Below are positions 38,340 to 47,866 of a stretch of 64,000 nt of DNA, piece by piece. This stretch comes from a virus, in the IMG/VR virus record IMGVR_UViG_3300042881_003464, positions 1 to 64,000 of that record; one strand, written 5' to 3'. How positions within the stretch are numbered: position 1 is the stretch's first letter; the number at the start of each line of letters is the position of its first letter. The position numbers and the translations under genes are program-made. Under the pieces are notes generated by a model, which did not search any database, was not told where the DNA came from, and worked only from the letters and a program-made list of their open reading frames with translations.

Positions 38340-38961
38340 GCTGCTGGTAAAGATCTTGTATAGAACCATTGTTGTCAAGCTCAGCATCAAACCGCTGTCC
38401 TATCCAGGCCCACTCGCTGTGATGTACGTCTGGAAAACGCTGCGCCATGAGTTCATGGGCGTCTTCCAGTAACCACTGATCGTCTTCTCCAGTGGTATTT
38501 TCCTTGAGCGCACACTGGTACCATTTGGGCAGGTCGCCGCGTTTGATCCAATAGATGCGTCCACCGGCCCTGCGAATTGCAGCTATTTCATTAGGAAAAC
38601 GCACGTCAGAAATCACCACGTGATCACTGCTGGTGTGAAGTTTGTTTTCTAAACTGGCTATCCAGATGTCATCATGAAATCCCTGGCGGCACACTTCTGT
38701 GCCCCAGTTTTGCAATATCCAACGAGGAGTTAGATCCGGCATGCCTAATCTCTGGCTCCACCAGGGATCAACTTTTTCTCTCCAGGCTCGACTTTCTGCT
38801 GTGCGTCCTTCCAACATCACTCGATCCCAGCCAAACACCGCACTCACAGCATCTTTGAGTGTGTTTGCAAAACTGTCACGTCTAAAACCATGAAAGTTTA
38901 CCAAATAATCAGCAGCAGTGTCTTTACCTGACCCAATTAATCCCACGAACCCTACTATCAT
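38287..38961 (-). CDS. gp1: Deoxynucleoside monophosphate kinase (T4 gp1-like)
   Basis: GLIGSGKDT, SFA..LKD, TPR.ILQ.WGTE, ISDVRFPNE, HHSE. Confidence 0.9.
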   Translation of the reverse strand: MIVGFVGLIGSGKDTAADYLVNFHGFRRDSFANTLKDAVSAVFGWDRVMLEGRTAESRAWREKVDPWWSQRLGMPDLTPRWILQNWGTEVCRQGFHDDIWIASLENKLHTSSDHVVISDVRFPNEIAAIRRAGGRIYWIKRGDLPKWYQCALKENTTGEDDQWLLEDAHELMAQRFPDVHHSEWAWIGQRFDAELDNNGSIQDLYQQLKSLVQDHHAAKDGLAV

Positions 38962-39524
38962 GCCATGTCCTTTATACCAATACGCCGGAGTGTTTCTTGC
39001 AGTAAATCAATCTGTCTGCGACAGTCGTCAAGAGCATGGTGGCTTGCGGGCCGGTGCGCTTGATTATTAATCAACATTGGAGCAACTGGTGTGTCGTTAA
39101 ATTTTTCATTGGGCCACAGCATATACACAGTACGGCAGTCTCGTACCTTGTAGTACTGCCAGGGCAAGGGCTTTTGATAGCTCTTGTACGCATGCTCCAA
39201 AATAGTCATGTCAAAGGTTGGCCCATTGGCCCAGATAGCACTGCTTTTCCAAATAAGTTTGCCCAGTTCGTCCAGCACTTGGTCCAGAGGCTTACGATTG
39301 TCTTCAGCAAAGGCTTCTTCTCTAGCAAAGTCACTTTGCTTGGCCCACCAATCCAGTGTTCCTTGTTCTATGCTACGATTGGATTGACTTTCAAGATCCA
39401 CCCTGGCATAGTAGTTAGAGTCGTAGTAACCCTGTCCTAGGGGGTCAAAGGCCTGTGCTGCCACAGTAAGGATTGTGGCTTCTGGAGCGGTGGCTAGAGT
39501 TTCTATGTCAATCATGAGATGCAT
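38958..39524 (-). CDS. DEDDh 3'-5' exonuclease (DexA / RNase AS-like)
   Basis: HLMIDIETL, WANGPTFD, RDCRT, HHALDD. Confidence 0.85.
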   Translation of the reverse strand: MHLMIDIETLATAPEATILTVAAQAFDPLGQGYYDSNYYARVDLESQSNRSIEQGTLDWWAKQSDFAREEAFAEDNRKPLDQVLDELGKLIWKSSAIWANGPTFDMTILEHAYKSYQKPLPWQYYKVRDCRTVYMLWPNEKFNDTPVAPMLINNQAHRPASHHALDDCRRQIDLLQETLRRIGIKDMA

Positions 39525-39530
39525 AGAAGT

Positions 39531-39558
39531 ATTATAACAGAAGTTGTGGTAAAGTCAA
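39531..39558 (-). promoter_or_regulatory. sigma70 promoter; probable leaderless mRNA
   Basis: TTGACT-16 bp-TATAAT with extended -10 TG; ATG 6 nt after the -10, no SD. Confidence 0.75.
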
Positions 39559-39566
39559 AGACTAGA

Positions 39567-40328
39567 TCAACCAATCACCCAGGTCAAGGGCTGTGATCCG
39601 TCTACGTAGTTTTTGAGCTGTTCGACCAAAGCATCCATTTGTGTCTGTGCTTCGGCTTTCATTGCTGTACCGTTGAGTGTGGTGCCGCCACCGGGTCCTG
39701 CTATGGTGGCAAATTTTTCACGAGCCTCGCCTACCATCATTTTGCTGGCAGCTACCATATAGTCCCTAATCCATTGACTGATTTGATAGTCTGACAACAG
39801 TTGCACCTCGGGCTTGAGTTGATACACCCACAGCAACACCTGTTCTCCGGAGCCTTTGGGATCACGTATCAGTTGCAACTTCTTGGTCACAGGATTCCAG
39901 GTAAAGTTGATAAAGCCACCAAACATACGTGCTGCTAGCTCAACATACTGAGTGTAAAAATCGTATGTGGCTAGGCCGCCGCTTTGGTTGAAGTTCATGA
40001 GATAAACCTGCATCTGAGCCTGGCTAAAAGGATCAAAAGCCGAACTAAAAGGTCCAGTGGCAATACCAAATGTTCTACGAAAGATCTGCTTGACCTGTAT
40101 CACTTCTTGGGGCAAGAAATACTCGTTTTGATCTGTGATCAACTCCATGAAGATGTAACATTCTTCATAGGCATTTTGCGCACGTTGTCTGTAGGTTCCT
40201 ATGGTTCGCTGATAAGCAGCCTCATAATGTGCTGGATCAAGCTCAACATCAATCATGAAATTGCCCAGCTGAAGCTGTGTATACTCAATTAGTTCTTGTT
40301 TTTTGGTTTCTAGGCTACCCTCGTGCAT
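39567..40328 (-). CDS. gp13: Neck protein (T4 gp13-like)
   Basis: LG...IDVELD, WIRDY..A..K..GE.R.KF, PGG.TTLNG...KAEA, P...IG. Confidence 0.85.
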   Translation of the reverse strand: MHEGSLETKKQELIEYTQLQLGNFMIDVELDPAHYEAAYQRTIGTYRQRAQNAYEECYIFMELITDQNEYFLPQEVIQVKQIFRRTFGIATGPFSSAFDPFSQAQMQVYLMNFNQSGGLATYDFYTQYVELAARMFGGFINFTWNPVTKKLQLIRDPKGSGEQVLLWVYQLKPEVQLLSDYQISQWIRDYMVAASKMMVGEAREKFATIAGPGGGTTLNGTAMKAEAQTQMDALVEQLKNYVDGSQPLTWVIG

Positions 40329-40339
40329 GATCGCTCCTG

Positions 40340-40357
40340 ATCCAGTATTTACCGGAT
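40340..40357 (-). promoter_or_regulatory. Late promoter TAAATA (40346-40351) within hairpin ATCCGGT-AAAT-ACTGGAT
   Basis: Its TAA is the upstream stop; the hairpin abuts the AGGAG SD of gp13. Confidence 0.6.
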
Positions 40358-41503
40358 TCGCAGCAGCAGCAAGTTCTCGTTTCCACGCCCATTGAACTTG
40401 GTTTCAGTGCTCTTGATATCTTTGAAATACTTTCTAGCAGCAGGAGCACCACCGCTCATCAGCGCCTTGATTTGCTCAGCTGGTTTACGCAGAGTTTTCT
40501 GTATGCTGTTTGTGGCATCATAGCCCAGTATAGCACTGTTCTTGACCGACAAGCTTTGTACATGACTGTCGGCCACAACATGAATCAGCTTGCGTTTTTT
40601 GCTGTCATACAACCAAGCTTCAGTGGCGCCAACTAACTTGGTCACAGGTTCCGAAGTAAGCTTGAGCTCTGGAAACTCTTTGAGGTACTTGAACTTGGCA
40701 GTGAGTTTTTCTGCACTCACTGGCTTTTTCTTGCGTGGTTTTCGCTCTACTTTTTTAATCTGCACATAACTGTCGCAGTCTGCTAGTACCTGCTCCGCAA
40801 ACTTGACTAGATTGCGTAGTTGTATTTTGCCAAAGCGACCGTAACCTTCGGCTAGTTGTGCATCTTTGCCTAGCACAGCTTCTGCAAATTCATCACGATG
40901 CTTGATCCAACTGTCTCGCACCACGCTGATATGCTGTGGACTGATGTTCATGCCGCGCAGTAGGTTTATGGGTTTGTGTTCTGCTGTGATCTTAACATCA
41001 TTGGCAATCACTGCATCTAGCATGCCTTCTAGTTCGCCTGCTACTTCCGCGGCTTTTTCGCGCAGCCTGTCTTGAATGTTGGGCTTGCTCACAGACTCTT
41101 CCACTTCTTCTACTACCTGTTTGACAGATTTAGCAGCAGCGATCAAATCAGCAATGTGAGTGTCTAGTTTTGCTCGTTCATCGGCCAAGAGTTCTAGCCC
41201 ACGTAGATTCATTCGGCTCAGCCAACCTATGGTGCAGCTAACAGATTGTTCGGGCACTCGCCCCAAGGCCTTAGCATCAGCTGATCTATCATTGCGTGCC
41301 AGCCAATCAATCAAGAGTTCTTTGGCTTCTTTTTTGCCAAAGCTATAGTGATACCATCCAAATGCCCGACTCAAGCTACTAACTCTGTTGTCGCTGTCCG
41401 GCTGCACTTTCCATTCTGGTTCTGACCCAGTGTACTTGACATCAGATTTTGAAGTCATTGCTTTGAGTGGGCGGTTTGTTTTCACAGATTTTGTAGCGTT
41501 CAT
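40349..41503 (-). CDS. Hypothetical basic protein, early-expressed
   Basis: 384 aa; C-terminal KTLRKP and NGRGN; own sigma70 promoter. Confidence 0.7.
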   Translation of the reverse strand: MNATKSVKTNRPLKAMTSKSDVKYTGSEPEWKVQPDSDNRVSSLSRAFGWYHYSFGKKEAKELLIDWLARNDRSADAKALGRVPEQSVSCTIGWLSRMNLRGLELLADERAKLDTHIADLIAAAKSVKQVVEEVEESVSKPNIQDRLREKAAEVAGELEGMLDAVIANDVKITAEHKPINLLRGMNISPQHISVVRDSWIKHRDEFAEAVLGKDAQLAEGYGRFGKIQLRNLVKFAEQVLADCDSYVQIKKVERKPRKKKPVSAEKLTAKFKYLKEFPELKLTSEPVTKLVGATEAWLYDSKKRKLIHVVADSHVQSLSVKNSAILGYDATNSIQKTLRKPAEQIKALMSGGAPAARKYFKDIKSTETKFNGRGNENLLLLRIR

Positions 41504-41529
41504 AGTAGCTCCGTATTCAACACCTAGTA

Positions 41530-41558
41530 ATTATAGCATTCCAAGCTTATTTGGTCAA
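41530..41558 (-). promoter_or_regulatory. sigma70 promoter
   Basis: TTGACC-17 bp-TATAAT with extended -10 TG. Confidence 0.8.
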
Positions 41559-41595
41559 CCAAATTGATAGGTGCTCTACACCTGGGCTTGTCCGG

Positions 41596-41601
41596 TAAAT
41601 A
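41596..41601 (+). promoter_or_regulatory. Late promoter core TAAATA
   Basis: Followed by GAGGA SD and ATG 41620. Confidence 0.7.
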
Positions 41602-41619
41602 CTACGAGGAACAGCCAAA

Positions 41620-42996
41620 ATGCCCAGATTAAGCCTATACCGCCCAAATCGCACCCGCGACTATCAGTTTTTGGACCGAACCATTTCGGAACAATACACC
41701 GTGGGCGGACTAGATATCTACCTACACAAGTATCTAGGCCCCAAGGTTACGGGCGATAGTTCAACAGACACTCAGCACGATGCTACCATGCCAAACTACG
41801 CAGGGGAAAGCCCGCTGTTTATTCAAGATCTGCTGTTGTTGGAAAACCGCGACAGAGCCTATGATCCAGATGTGTATGTGATGCGAGGAGTCTATCGCGC
41901 TCAAGACATTGATTTTGATCTAACCCAGTTTGGTTTGTTTTTAAACAATGACACACTGTTTGTGACTTTTCATTACAATGACATGATTGACAGTTTGGGT
42001 CGCAAGATCATGAACGGTGACGTACTGGAAGTGCCAAATCTACGTGATTACCATCCACTGGATTCAAACATTCCACGAGCACTGCCCAAGTTCTACGTGG
42101 TACAGGATGCTGCTTTTGCCAGCGAAGGTTTCAGTCAAACTTGGTTGCCACACCTTTGGCGTGTAAAAGCCACACCCATGGTCAATGCTCAAGAGTATCA
42201 AGACATACTACAACAGCCATTTGAACCAGAAAACGTCTGGGATCCAGGTAATTTTTATCCAGCCGGCAGTATTGTGAACTATGACAATGTTTACTATGTG
42301 GCTCTTAAAAACACACCTGCGGACATAGACATCACAAATACTGAATACTGGGCTGAAAAGAGTCGTATCAACACACTGGCGGATAGTGCTTCAACTCGCA
42401 ACAAAGATCTTGAGATTAATGATGCTATCTTGGTACAGGCCGAAGAAGAAGTACCAAAGAGTGGTTACGATACAGTAAAATTCTACATTCTGCCTACTAA
42501 CCCTGATGGATCGCCTGCTGATCCTAGCACTTATACTGCTGACTACACACAGACTGACGCCAGTCGTACTGTGAGCAATGAAAATCTAACACCAAGAGCA
42601 GATGGTTATACATCAGGTTATCTCACTGGTGATGGTATCGCGCCCAATGGTTTGCCTGTTACGCCCGGAGTTCGTTTTCCTTTACAGGCTGAAGTTGGAC
42701 AGTATTGCCTACGTCTAGATTACTTCCCTAATAGATTGTTTAGATTCAACGGCAGTCGTTGGGTAAAGATCGAAGAGGTTGTACGCACCAACCTTACACC
42801 TGGTGCGGACAACAATACCTTGCGTTCAGGCTTTGTGAACAATACATACACTGTGAACAGCACTGATCTTGGTCCAATACCCAGTAGACAAAGTCTTAGT
42901 CAAGCCCTTAAACCTAGAGCTGATAATGGAGATCAAGGTGGTAATAAAACGCCTAAGCCATATCCGCCTACCAAGCCCGGACAACCATCAAGTTAA
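41620..42996 (+). CDS. gp14: Neck/head-closure protein (gp14-like, extended)
   Basis: IQDLLLLENRDR.YD, LTQFGLFL, GDVLE.P; position between gp13-like and gp15-like genes. Confidence 0.65.
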   Translation: MPRLSLYRPNRTRDYQFLDRTISEQYTVGGLDIYLHKYLGPKVTGDSSTDTQHDATMPNYAGESPLFIQDLLLLENRDRAYDPDVYVMRGVYRAQDIDFDLTQFGLFLNNDTLFVTFHYNDMIDSLGRKIMNGDVLEVPNLRDYHPLDSNIPRALPKFYVVQDAAFASEGFSQTWLPHLWRVKATPMVNAQEYQDILQQPFEPENVWDPGNFYPAGSIVNYDNVYYVALKNTPADIDITNTEYWAEKSRINTLADSASTRNKDLEINDAILVQAEEEVPKSGYDTVKFYILPTNPDGSPADPSTYTADYTQTDASRTVSNENLTPRADGYTSGYLTGDGIAPNGLPVTPGVRFPLQAEVGQYCLRLDYFPNRLFRFNGSRWVKIEEVVRTNLTPGADNNTLRSGFVNNTYTVNSTDLGPIPSRQSLSQALKPRADNGDQGGNKTPKPYPPTKPGQPSS

Positions 42997-42999
42997 CCT

Positions 43000-44448
43000 A
43001 TGCAACAGTTCTTTTATGACGGTCAAATACGCAGATTCTTGTTGCAGTTCACAAGAATTTTTTCAAACTTCCAAGTGGAGTTTGGACAGAATCTAGCAGG
43101 AGTATCACCACCAGATACCTTGTATCGTGTGCCTGTGCGTTATGGTGATTCTAGTCGTAATGCGCAGACCATTATTCAGCAGAACTCTGCAAACAGCATG
43201 CCCAGCACGCCAATCATGACGTTTTACATTTCTAGTCTTGATTATGATCGTGGCAGAATCCAAGAACCAACCTTTGTTGACAAAATCAATGTAAGACAGC
43301 GTTACTACGACACAGACAGTGACACCTATGAGGTCACCCAAGGCAATGCGTTTACGATTGAACGTCTAATGCCTGTGCCCTACAAACTTACTATTACTCT
43401 GGATATCTGGACCAGTAATACCAACCAAAAAATGCAGATACTTGAACAAATACTGACCTTGTTCAATCCTGCTCTAGAAATACAAAGTACAGACAACTAT
43501 ATTGATTGGACCAGTTTGAGTGTGGTTGAACTTGAGTCAGTGTCCTGGAGTTCGCGTACCATTCCCATGGGCACTGAAGATCCTATTGATATCTGTAGTC
43601 TTAGATTTGGTTTGCCAATTTGGATTTCAAGCCCAGCAAAGATCAAAAAACTTGGTGTTGTGGAACGTGTTATTGCCAGCATCTACGATTCACAAGGCGA
43701 TGCTTCCAATGCAGTTATTGACAGCGATCTACTGTTAGGCACTAGAGTCAAGGTCACACCATATAGCTATCAGGTACTGCTGTTGAATGGACAGTTGCAG
43801 ATACTACAACCTCAAGATGTGATATCACAACCTATTACCAGTTTGACCCCACCCGACTCACCAGTGGACGATGAACTAGTATGGCCCAGCGTGATCAACT
43901 TGTATGGCGTACTGCGTCCGGGTATCAGTTATGTAACCTTGGACAATCCTTGGGATCCAGACAGTTACATTGTTGGCACTGTGGCACTTAATCCAGCTGA
44001 TGATAGATTTTTGCTGTTTAACATTGATCCAGATACAGTGCCACAAAACACACTGCCACCAATTGATGCAGTGATCAATCCTTTGAAAAGTGCGCCTGGA
44101 GACGGACTAGATTCCAGCATGACTGGACAACGTTACTTGTTTACCGAGGCCACTGGCAGTGCGGAGAACTACACCACCCGCACGGATCCCTTTGGTGATC
44201 CATATAGTTTTGATGCTAACCCAACTGCCTGGAGAGGTATAAACGGTCAGCCTTTGATTGCCAATGCCAATGATATCGTTGAATTTGATGGTCAACGCTG
44301 GCGTGTGGTATTTGACAGCCAAAGCCTGGCGGATGTACAATACGTGACAAATATCACTACTGGAATACAGTACAAATGGACAGGCGAAGACTGGGTAAAA
44401 AGCTATGATGGATTGTATCCGGGGGGATCGTGGAATCTAATTCTCTAA
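43000..44448 (+). CDS. gp15: Tail sheath stabiliser/terminator (gp15-like)
   Basis: FFYD.QIRR, VPVRYG, PVPY.L, QILEQI..LFNP, WIS.P. Confidence 0.85.
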   Translation: MQQFFYDGQIRRFLLQFTRIFSNFQVEFGQNLAGVSPPDTLYRVPVRYGDSSRNAQTIIQQNSANSMPSTPIMTFYISSLDYDRGRIQEPTFVDKINVRQRYYDTDSDTYEVTQGNAFTIERLMPVPYKLTITLDIWTSNTNQKMQILEQILTLFNPALEIQSTDNYIDWTSLSVVELESVSWSSRTIPMGTEDPIDICSLRFGLPIWISSPAKIKKLGVVERVIASIYDSQGDASNAVIDSDLLLGTRVKVTPYSYQVLLLNGQLQILQPQDVISQPITSLTPPDSPVDDELVWPSVINLYGVLRPGISYVTLDNPWDPDSYIVGTVALNPADDRFLLFNIDPDTVPQNTLPPIDAVINPLKSAPGDGLDSSMTGQRYLFTEATGSAENYTTRTDPFGDPYSFDANPTAWRGINGQPLIANANDIVEFDGQRWRVVFDSQSLADVQYVTNITTGIQYKWTGEDWVKSYDGLYPGGSWNLIL

Positions 44449-44927
44449 ACGCAGTTGGTGTGTTGTTTTTCAGCGTACACACACGCCGATATCTATATGT
44501 TATGCGTAATGATGTGCGCCATCCCAACACCTGGGGACTGCCTGGTGGCAAATGCGATGCAGGCGAAAGTCTGTTAGACACCATACATCGTGAATGTAAA
44601 GAAGAACTTAATCTAGATTTTGTAAACGCAAAATTTTTACCGCTTGAGAAATGGACATCGGGGGATCAAAGTTTTAGCTATCACACTTTTTTCTGTCAAG
44701 TTGATCAAGAATTTGTACCAGTGCTCAATGACGAGCATCTAGGTTATGCTTGGATAGATAGTGGAATATGGCCTAAGCCCATGCACCCAGGTCTTTGGAA
44801 CACCATGCACATGCAGGCTATTCAAGAAAAAATTGCTACACTAGAAGAAAACTTAGAGTCTACCAACTACTACGTTGATGACTCCCGTCCCTCCCTGGGA
44901 TTCCTCCAAAGCCTTGCCAATAACTGA
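44430..44927 (+). CDS. Nudix hydrolase
   Basis: WGLPGGKCDAGESLLDTIHRECKEEL Nudix box; LNDEH..YAW, HPG. Confidence 0.9.
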   Translation: MESNSLNAVGVLFFSVHTRRYLYVMRNDVRHPNTWGLPGGKCDAGESLLDTIHRECKEELNLDFVNAKFLPLEKWTSGDQSFSYHTFFCQVDQEFVPVLNDEHLGYAWIDSGIWPKPMHPGLWNTMHMQAIQEKIATLEENLESTNYYVDDSRPSLGFLQSLANN

Positions 44928-45866
44928 TCCAATACTGGGATTGGCGTCGGCTCTAGCATAACCATTGCCTGCGCTGACCATTAGATCACCTTTGCTCACC
45001 GGACCAATGACCTTGGTTGGCACTTTGCCCATCAAGGCCACAGGAGTGGCATTTGGCGCATCCATAACAGAGTTCATGATATAAGCGGGATCAGTAGACA
45101 CTACTCCTGCTACTCTACGATCACTGTCAACTACGCTGATAGTGACATCATTGGGTCCACCAAAACTCAAAACAGTACCAGGTTCGTAATATTCATCAGC
45201 TTGATACATCTCTGCCAAGTCAGCGTACTGTGCTGATGTGGCCTTGACAAACGCAGTGTTAAAGTAACCAGAACTGCTGCCAATGTTTCCCACAGCATTA
45301 CTGCCACCATTTATAATAGCAGATACAGCATTGTTAGAGTTCACTGTTAGAACTCCAGCTGTGGTTAGATTGCCGCCTGTGATGTTGCCTGTGATCTCAG
45401 CAAGACCTCCAGCATAGATATTGCCCGCAATGCCAGCACCGCCTGAAACTCTCAAGGCGCCTGAAGTTGTGCTGGTGCTGTTTGTGGTTGCAGCTACCAG
45501 TGCTGAATTTACATTAGCCAACCCTGTCACAGTAATATTACCGCCTGTGATATTACCTGTCACACTGGCAATGCCAGTGGTTATTAAGTTTCCACCTGTG
45601 ACATTTGCAGTGGCAGTGACATTACCACCTGTAATATTACCTGTGATGCTGACCAAGCCCACGCCCTGTATAGTAGGGGATGTGAGTGTTTTGTTGGTCA
45701 AAGTTTGCGCACCATCTGTGCTGACCAACGCTGTCCCCCCTGCGGTGGTACCGTCATGTACCCGCACAGTGTTGATAGTTGTATCAACTGTGATTTCGCC
45801 CACAGCACCTGTAAAAGCGTTGTTTTGCGAAGTTGTTCCACGTCTAAGTTGTACTTGTATGGCCAT
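44853..45866 (-). CDS. Tail fibre protein with Mtd-like N-terminus and a C-terminal chaperone/peptidase-G2-like domain
   Basis: QLRRGT...GEITVDT...VHDG.T.GG; ADLAEMY, VAGVVST.PAY.MN, GKVP.KV, KGD, IGKALE. Confidence 0.7.
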   Translation of the reverse strand: MAIQVQLRRGTTSQNNAFTGAVGEITVDTTINTVRVHDGTTAGGTALVSTDGAQTLTNKTLTSPTIQGVGLVSITGNITGGNVTATANVTGGNLITTGIASVTGNITGGNITVTGLANVNSALVAATTNSTSTTSGALRVSGGAGIAGNIYAGGLAEITGNITGGNLTTAGVLTVNSNNAVSAIINGGSNAVGNIGSSSGYFNTAFVKATSAQYADLAEMYQADEYYEPGTVLSFGGPNDVTISVVDSDRRVAGVVSTDPAYIMNSVMDAPNATPVALMGKVPTKVIGPVSKGDLMVSAGNGYARADANPSIGSVIGKALEESQGGTGVINVVVGRL

Positions 45867-45884
45867 TTGATCGTTCCTGTTAGA

Positions 45885-45890
45885 TATTTA
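45885..45890 (-). promoter_or_regulatory. Late promoter core TAAATA
   Basis: Upstream of an AGGA SD. Confidence 0.6.
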
Positions 45891-45896
45891 GTTTGG

Positions 45897-46202
45897 TTAG
45901 GAATTATCAGGTTTTGGGTACTTGGCTTTGATAGCGGCTATCTGTGTGTGCCAAGCATCAAATCCACCGTGAAACAGGGTATCCAGCTGATCTTCTATTT
46001 TTGGGTATTCTGCTCGACGCTGTCTAGCATAGTTTTGGTCATCGTAGAGTTTTTTGAGTCTAGCCATTTCAGCTTCACACTCAGCGCGACTTGGGGCTGG
46101 GCTGGAATCTCGCCAGTCAAGTCCTACATAATCGTCCCCGGTTAGAGCCCACTGCGCTCCAGGACGCAAACTCAATAGAGCTGCTGCTAAATCATATGCC
46201 AT
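45897..46202 (-). CDS. Tail fibre assembly/chaperone-like small protein (XkdW-like)
   Basis: L.PGAQW, Y.RQR..EYP.I.DQLD.L.H, IKAKYPK. Confidence 0.65.
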   Translation of the reverse strand: MAYDLAAALLSLRPGAQWALTGDDYVGLDWRDSSPAPSRAECEAEMARLKKLYDDQNYARQRRAEYPKIEDQLDTLFHGGFDAWHTQIAAIKAKYPKPDNS

Positions 46203-46203
46203 T

Positions 46204-46776
46204 TTAATCTCCTAATCTTTCTACAAAATAATCAACCATGCGTCCAATGTCACCTGTGGTGTTGCCGCACAGTGCTGAATAGTTGGTCCATCCTGGATTA
46301 CCACCACTAAAATCACTGGTAACAGTTTTACCAGCTGTTGACCATTGTTGCAGTTGATAGGTAGCGGAAGTGCTGTCAACTGTGTAAACAATACTGTAGT
46401 TTTCATTATGGCTGTCTTCGCTACCAGTTCTTGCACTGACTCCCACTGCCACACTGTTTCCTGCCTTGGTCACTGCTAACACTGTCCATACGTCTCCACC
46501 ACTGGCTTGCCTATAAGCTGTGTACACTCTATAGGTACCAGTGTAGGCATGTGTCCAGGTTGATGTAGCAGTGTTTACTGTTATATTTTGGCTTGGTCCA
46601 GCATTATTAAACAACATCTGTGTGCCTGTGCTACCAGTACTAGAAATAGTCAATGTAACTGCTGCATCATTCACAGCATAGTACATACTGGCATAGGCGG
46701 TACGACCAATGTTTTGTGTTGGTATGGTAAAATTACCCGTTGTGGTAGCTAGGTTGTTTACTCTTAGTGTGCTCAT
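46204..46776 (-). CDS. Putative tail fibre-associated beta-rich protein
   Basis: MSTLRVNNL start shared with neighbours; Thr/Ser/Gly rich. Confidence 0.55.
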   Translation of the reverse strand: MSTLRVNNLATTTGNFTIPTQNIGRTAYASMYYAVNDAAVTLTISSTGSTGTQMLFNNAGPSQNITVNTATSTWTHAYTGTYRVYTAYRQASGGDVWTVLAVTKAGNSVAVGVSARTGSEDSHNENYSIVYTVDSTSATYQLQQWSTAGKTVTSDFSGGNPGWTNYSALCGNTTGDIGRMVDYFVERLGD

Positions 46777-47294
46777 GCTACTACCTCTATTAAAGTAACT
46801 GTGCTTATTCCTCTTTTACCTGTGGTGTTATCTGCATCACTTACACTGCGATTGATATAGATCGCATTGGTATTGTCATTGTTTACGTAAAACTGATAGG
46901 TCAGCTGACTGGTTGTGTTTGGGGAATCAAGGTATGAATAAACAAAGGTGTTTGATTGATTACTATCAGAAGCCAGTGCCATGCCCATGGAAACTCGCTG
47001 CCTGCTGCCTGCGCCATCACCTAGACCAATATTAGTCGTTCCTCTCTTGAACCAACCACCATATGTAGTGCCAGTAGATGAATACATTATGTGACCTAGA
47101 ATTAAGATCTTGTTTGTAGATGCTGTGGGAGTTATATTAGCAGCCAAACCTGTTACCAGTAGTTCTGTGCCGTTAGCAGCAGCCACAAAAGTATCAGTTT
47201 TCACTGTTTGAACCACTTGTAGAATACTGCCGGTGGTTTGCAGTATGGTCTTGCCAGTTAAACTTTGCACTTGATTCAGCAGTAAAGTGCTCAT
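46773..47294 (-). CDS. Tail fibre-associated paralog
   Basis: GSILQVVQ, ITP....KIL, DSP.TT...TY, final LIEVVA. Confidence 0.6.
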   Translation of the reverse strand: MSTLLLNQVQSLTGKTILQTTGSILQVVQTVKTDTFVAAANGTELLVTGLAANITPTASTNKILILGHIMYSSTGTTYGGWFKRGTTNIGLGDGAGSRQRVSMGMALASDSNQSNTFVYSYLDSPNTTSQLTYQFYVNNDNTNAIYINRSVSDADNTTGKRGISTVTLIEVVA

Positions 47295-47866
47295 TGTTCT
47301 ATCTCCATTATTGTTCCTGTGCTAACTTGATATTCATGCGAATCACCTTGGTTTAAACTTCTATTTAAGTTAAATGTGAACTGTGACCCGTTTGCGGATC
47401 TTATGGCAGGAGTATAGGTCCTAGCCGCAGTAGATCCTGAAATTTCGCTGTATAGAATATACCAGTTTTGCGGAGTGCTACCATCATCACCGTCATACAT
47501 AGACGGCACATATCCGCTCCAACGCTGATTACCTGCTTGACTGTTGTAACCCTGATAACCAGCGGTAGTGATCAAACTGTCATTTTTGTGTATTACCCAA
47601 ACATTATCGTTGTTTACTTCGCCGCATATCATCCATTCTATGATCAACAAACTATTTGCATATACAGGAGTAAACGGCATAGCCAATGGGCCAATTAGTG
47701 TGCCATCACCCGAGGGAAATGAGCTATAGGAACTTACAGCATCAGCCCGAGTCAGAGTAGTTTGAATTATTCTACCTGGAAAACTAAACACCGAACCGTT
47801 GTTCATGGTAATAACGTTGCCGTTGTTAGCAGGGCCTTGAATTTGATTTACTGCCACTGTGCTCAT
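47291..47866 (-). CDS. Tail fibre-associated paralog
   Basis: PGRIIQ, W.I.GE.N, RTY.P, LNR, IMEIEQ. Confidence 0.6.
   Translation of the reverse strand: MSTVAVNQIQGPANNGNVITMNNGSVFSFPGRIIQTTLTRADAVSSYSSFPSGDGTLIGPLAMPFTPVYANSLLIIEWMICGEVNNDNVWVIHKNDSLITTAGYQGYNSQAGNQRWSGYVPSMYDGDDGSTPQNWYILYSEISGSTAARTYTPAIRSANGSQFTFNLNRSLNQGDSHEYQVSTGTIMEIEQ

Noticed and set aside
44853-45866. Diversity-generating retroelement suggested by the Mtd-like N-terminus
   Set aside because: No reverse transcriptase and no template/variable repeat pair differing at adenines is visible in the window; this N-terminal domain is common in ordinary fibres
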